From sequence record SRR20825006_260: a stretch of DNA of 48,782 nt. One strand, written 5' to 3'. The number at the start of each line of letters is the position of its first letter. The stretch's first letter is position 1. The notes below the pieces were generated by a model that saw only the letters and a program-made list of their open reading frames with translations, was not told the DNA's origin and made no database searches. A program made the translations under genes and the position numbers. Positions 45,550 through 48,782 of this stretch are shown piece after piece.

Positions 45550-47721
45550 TTGAAAACGCTGCGATATACCGCGCCTTTGCTACTGTTTGTTGTCGGACTT
45601 ATCGGCTGCGGACCTGATGAGGAGGCGTCGAACAACACCTCCGCGAACAACGCCAACAACACATCGGCCAATAACACCGCGTCTGGGAACAACACGACGC
45701 CTGCAAACAACACTGCCGCGAACAACACCGCCACAAATAACACCGCGCCGTGCGCGCCGGGCACCCAGGATTGCATGTGCAGCGAGAGCGATGTTTGCGA
45801 TGGCGCCCTCGTGTGTATGGGCGGCATGTGCACCACCGACCCAGGTTGCACGCCAGGAGAGGAGGGGTGCACATGCGGCGAGGGAGACATGTGCGAAGAC
45901 GGCCTCGCCTGCGAGCAAGGCATGTGTGTCATGCAAGAGGCGGCGCCTCCATGTGCTGAGAACGAGCGTGTTTTGGAGGGCGAGTGTGTCGCGTGTGAGC
46001 CCGGCTCGACGCGACCTGCGGGCGATGATCCTTCGGGCGCGGACACCGAATGCATGGCATCGGAGTGCGCCGAGAATGAGTTCGTCGAGGATCACGTGTG
46101 CACGCCATGCGCGCCAGGCTCGGTCCGCGCCGCGGGCGACCTCACCACGAGCGATGATACCGCGTGTGAGGCGATCGCCTGTGCGGCGGACGAGTTTGTC
46201 GAGGCCAACGCGTGCGCGATGTGTCCTGCTGAAACCACAAATGACGCAGGAGATCTGGCGACTGGCGAGGACACGCTCTGCGATGATGACTGCACAGGTT
46301 CGGTGGGCGTTTACTGCTCGGACTTCGAGGAAGCGTTCATCAAGGCGAGCAACCCGAACATTGGCGATCTCTTTGGCAGCACGGCGGCGCTCTCGGGCGA
46401 CACGCTCGTGGTCGGCGCGTGGGGAGAGAGCAGCAACGCCACAGGTGTGGGCGGAAACCAACTGGACGAGAGCGCCTCGCGCTCTGGCGCGGTGTATGTC
46501 TTTCGAAACACCAACGGCGTCTGGGCTCAGGAAGCCTATATCAAGGCATCGAACACCGGCGAGAACGATGGATTCGGTCGCGTGCTCGCCCTGGATGGAG
46601 ACACGCTCGTCGTGGGCGCATTTAGCGAAGAGAGCAACGCGACAGGCGTCGATGGCAACCAGGGCGACAACTCGCTCTTTCGCGCTGGCGCGGCGTATGT
46701 CTTTAGACGCAATGGCACCACCTGGACGCAGGAAGCTTACCTGAAGGCATCGAACACGGAGTCGAACGATGTCTTTGCCTCCGCCATCGACATCGAAGGA
46801 GACACGATCGCGATCGGCGCGTCCGGTGAGTCCAGCAACGCGACGGGCATCGATGGCAATCAGGCGAATAACTCCAAGGCCGCGAGCGGCGCGGTCTACA
46901 CGTTCACGCGGAGCAACGGCGTCTGGACACAGGAAGCCTACATCAAGGCATCGAATACCGAGGGACAGACGAGCTTCGGTCTGGCGGTCGCGCTGGAGGG
47001 AGACAGGTTAGCGGTGGGCTCGCCGCGCGAGCGAAGCAACTCCACAGGCATCGACGCCGCGCAGAACACCGATGGCAGCAGCAACGGCGCCGTGTATGTC
47101 TTTGCACGCACCAACGGGGTGTGGGAGGAGAAGACCTACATCAAGGCGTCGACCACAGACTTTGGAGACCGCTTCGGGAGCACGCTTGCCTGGAGCGGTG
47201 ACTTGCTCGCAGTGAGCGCGCCTCAGGAGGACAGCAACGCGACAGGCGTCGGTGGCGATCAGGCGGATAACTCGATCGAGAACTCTGGCGCTGTCTACCT
47301 GTTTCGAGAAACAAACGGGGTCTGGGAGCAGGAGGCGTTTGTCAAAGCATCGAATACCGACGAGGGGGATTTGTTCGGGACGACGCTCACCGTGTGGGGT
47401 GATTATCTCGTCGTGGGCTCGCTCAACGAATCGAGCAGTGCGACCGGTTTAAACGGAGATCAGGCCAACAACTCGAGAGATTTCAGCGGCGCGACCTACA
47501 TCTTCAAGCGCTCGGGAGATGTCTGGGCGCAGACAGCCTATCTCAAGGCGCCGACCTCTTCGACGAGCATGTTCTTTGGCTCGGCGCTGTCGATGGATGC
47601 GGGGCTGCTGGCGATCGGCGCGTATGGTGAGCGGAGCGATGCGACAGGCGTCGATGGCATGATCAATGGAACGAACCTCTCCCAAAGCGGGGCGGTCTTC
47701 TTGCGCAGGCTCGAGCCCTGA
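45550..47721 (+). CDS. lipoprotein with NNT linker, Cys-rich repeats and FG-GAP (integrin-alpha-like) beta-propeller
   Basis: Probable TTG start at 45550 after GGAGAGGGG; lipobox LIGC; 2+3 Cys-rich repeats; seven repeats of (Y/F)IKASNT..D.FG...AL.GD.L.VGA..E.SNATG...GAVYVF. Confidence 0.85.
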   Translation: MKTLRYTAPLLLFVVGLIGCGPDEEASNNTSANNANNTSANNTASGNNTTPANNTAANNTATNNTAPCAPGTQDCMCSESDVCDGALVCMGGMCTTDPGCTPGEEGCTCGEGDMCEDGLACEQGMCVMQEAAPPCAENERVLEGECVACEPGSTRPAGDDPSGADTECMASECAENEFVEDHVCTPCAPGSVRAAGDLTTSDDTACEAIACAADEFVEANACAMCPAETTNDAGDLATGEDTLCDDDCTGSVGVYCSDFEEAFIKASNPNIGDLFGSTAALSGDTLVVGAWGESSNATGVGGNQLDESASRSGAVYVFRNTNGVWAQEAYIKASNTGENDGFGRVLALDGDTLVVGAFSEESNATGVDGNQGDNSLFRAGAAYVFRRNGTTWTQEAYLKASNTESNDVFASAIDIEGDTIAIGASGESSNATGIDGNQANNSKAASGAVYTFTRSNGVWTQEAYIKASNTEGQTSFGLAVALEGDRLAVGSPRERSNSTGIDAAQNTDGSSNGAVYVFARTNGVWEEKTYIKASTTDFGDRFGSTLAWSGDLLAVSAPQEDSNATGVGGDQADNSIENSGAVYLFRETNGVWEQEAFVKASNTDEGDLFGTTLTVWGDYLVVGSLNESSSATGLNGDQANNSRDFSGATYIFKRSGDVWAQTAYLKAPTSSTSMFFGSALSMDAGLLAIGAYGERSDATGVDGMINGTNLSQSGAVFLRRLEP

Positions 47722-47784
47722 GCGAGCCCTATCGCGATGATGTTTTGTTGGATCACCTGGTAGGTTTCTCATACTCTCGAGAAG

Positions 47785-47812
47785 CGCCTGGAAACACCTG
47801 GGTTTCCAGGCG
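47785..47812. other. intergenic stem-loop
   Basis: CGCCTGGAAAC-acctgg-GTTTCCAGGCG, an 11-bp stem after the FG-GAP gene. Confidence 0.45.
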
Positions 47813-47859
47813 TGTTCTGTCCTCGAAGGTGATCCGACCATCCACATTTTATTTGGCTC

Positions 47860-48420
47860 ATGCGAATCCGAACATCCATCACACACACACGCTTCGCGGT
47901 CATCACACGGCTGATGTGTTGCGCTGTGTTGCTTGGCAGCATCCTGACAGGATGCGCTTCGTATGATGCGGAACCCTTCGACCAGGATCGCCTGCTCGAG
48001 GATAACGCGACGCCTCCCCCTGCAAAGCTGACGCGAGAGGAAGTGGACCGTTATTCGGAGCAATGCGAGAAACAACAAGAAGATCAGGTCGGTTTTTTTC
48101 CTCCACCATCTGACGAGACTCGCCTCCGCTTCGAAGAGGCGATCCGCGCCTACAACGAAGGGCATTATCTTAGCTCCGCGCGCGAGATGGAGGCGTTGTT
48201 CGAGGAGACGCGCAACCCGACGCTCTTGCTCAACGCCGCCCGCGCATACGAACGCGCGAACGAGACCACCTACGCGATCTATTGCTACCGACGTCTGATG
48301 CGTAGCACGCGGCTCGATCGCCAGATCTGCAATGTCGCCGTCGCGCGATTGAACGAGCTCGCGGAAGCTGAACCCACCGAGGATTCGAGCGTCGGCGAAG
48401 ACGAGACCACGTTCGATTGA
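47860..48420 (+). CDS. TPR-like lipoprotein
   Basis: Lipobox LTGC and TPR-like helices FEEAIRAYNEGHY...PTLLLNAARAYE...AIYCYRR. Confidence 0.7.
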   Translation: MRIRTSITHTRFAVITRLMCCAVLLGSILTGCASYDAEPFDQDRLLEDNATPPPAKLTREEVDRYSEQCEKQQEDQVGFFPPPSDETRLRFEEAIRAYNEGHYLSSAREMEALFEETRNPTLLLNAARAYERANETTYAIYCYRRLMRSTRLDRQICNVAVARLNELAEAEPTEDSSVGEDETTFD

Positions 48421-48451
48421 TGTTTTGCTCCGACGCGACCGTCGGTGCCGA

Positions 48452-48531
48452 GCGAAAATAAGGGGGCGCGGGGTTTTCCAGACCGTTTGAGATTCGATCG
48501 ACTGGAAAACCCCGCGCCCCCTTATTTTCGC
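48452..48531. repeat. perfect 30-bp inverted repeat with 20-nt spacer between convergent genes
   Basis: GCGAAAATAAGGGGGCGCGGGGTTTTCCAG (48452-48481) and its exact reverse complement (48502-48531). Confidence 0.9.
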
Positions 48532-48553
48532 GTGCCGCTCTGGCGGAACACGA

Positions 48554-48782
48554 TTACGACGTGGTCTCGTCAGTGAGTGACGCCCAAAACACATCCTCGT
48601 CGCTCGCGTTCAAGAGGATAGATGTCGCCGCCTCGATCGCGGCGAGGTCGAGAATCTCCAACCTCTCTGTCCGCTGTGGATTGGCGCCAAACTTTTGCTC
48701 GAGCAGCATGCCGAGCAACCTGCGACCCTCTTCGAGTCTGCCTTGCTCGAGTCCTTGCTCGAGGCCAGCTTTGTTGCCGCGC
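48554..48782 (-). CDS. 3' end of an Rpn/YhgA-like (DUF4351-type tail) protein, truncated by the window edge
   Basis: Not in the ORF track. Manual translation gives RGNKAGLEQGLEQGRLEEGRRLLGMLLEQKFG...LEILDLAAIEAATSILLNASDEDVFWASLTDETTS*, with GLEQG repeats plus the L..KFG motif typical of such tails. Confidence 0.65.
   Translation of the reverse strand, partial: RGNKAGLEQGLEQGRLEEGRRLLGMLLEQKFGANPQRTERLEILDLAAIEAATSILLNASDEDVFWASLTDETTS

Noticed and set aside
42909-46055. 473-aa and 562-aa minus-strand ORFs
   Set aside because: Antisense shadows of phaC2, the reductase and the FG-GAP lipoprotein.
46336-47718. Regular ~200-bp repeats (ATCAAGGCATCGAA...) as a possible CRISPR array
   Set aside because: They are degenerate in-frame FG-GAP coding repeats, not identical repeats with unique spacers, and no cas genes are present.
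47449-48594. 381-aa minus-strand ORF
   Set aside because: Runs through the 30-bp palindrome and antisense to two supported genes; no motifs.

Overview
A GC-rich bacterial chromosomal window, most likely Myxococcota/Bradymonadia-like. The taxonomic clues are a MYXO-CTERM tail, a TIGR04551-like beta-barrel, a TonB-domain-fused TonB-dependent receptor and many lipoproteins with NNT/DM low-complexity linkers. It carries about 35 protein genes and no recognisable rRNA, tRNA or CRISPR array. The left part holds an LtaS/sulfatase gene, a small RuvC-like gene and an orphan dnaA (no dnaN or rpmH neighbours) behind a GATC-rich intergenic region. It continues with a lipoprotein gene split by an in-frame TAG, an M28 peptidase, a VIT-vWA protein, map, a Na+/H+ antiporter, a TonB-dependent receptor, LRR proteins, an Ada-like repair gene and btaAB (betaine lipid synthesis) with a Pho-box-like site. 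The most notable region is a 12 kb divergent polyhydroxyalkanoate (PHA) locus at 33289-45287. Its leftward arm is lipoprotein A, a lipid-anchored alpha/beta hydrolase, an outer-membrane beta-barrel, paralogous lipoprotein B, a mini-PhaE, an acyl-CoA ligase and PhaC1. Its rightward arm is PhaR, a phasin-like protein, PhaC2 fused to a SAP-like DNA-binding domain, and a FabG/PhaB-like reductase. Repeated TGCRNYGCA operator-like boxes lie in both promoter regions. The layout suggests an envelope hydrolysis-and-uptake module coupled to PHA storage, plus a possibly nucleoid-tethered synthase; these functions are inferences. Related long intergenic inverted repeats (REPIN/MITE-like) and the 3' end of an Rpn-like gene at the right edge are also present. 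All family calls come from motif recognition by eye; no searches were run.
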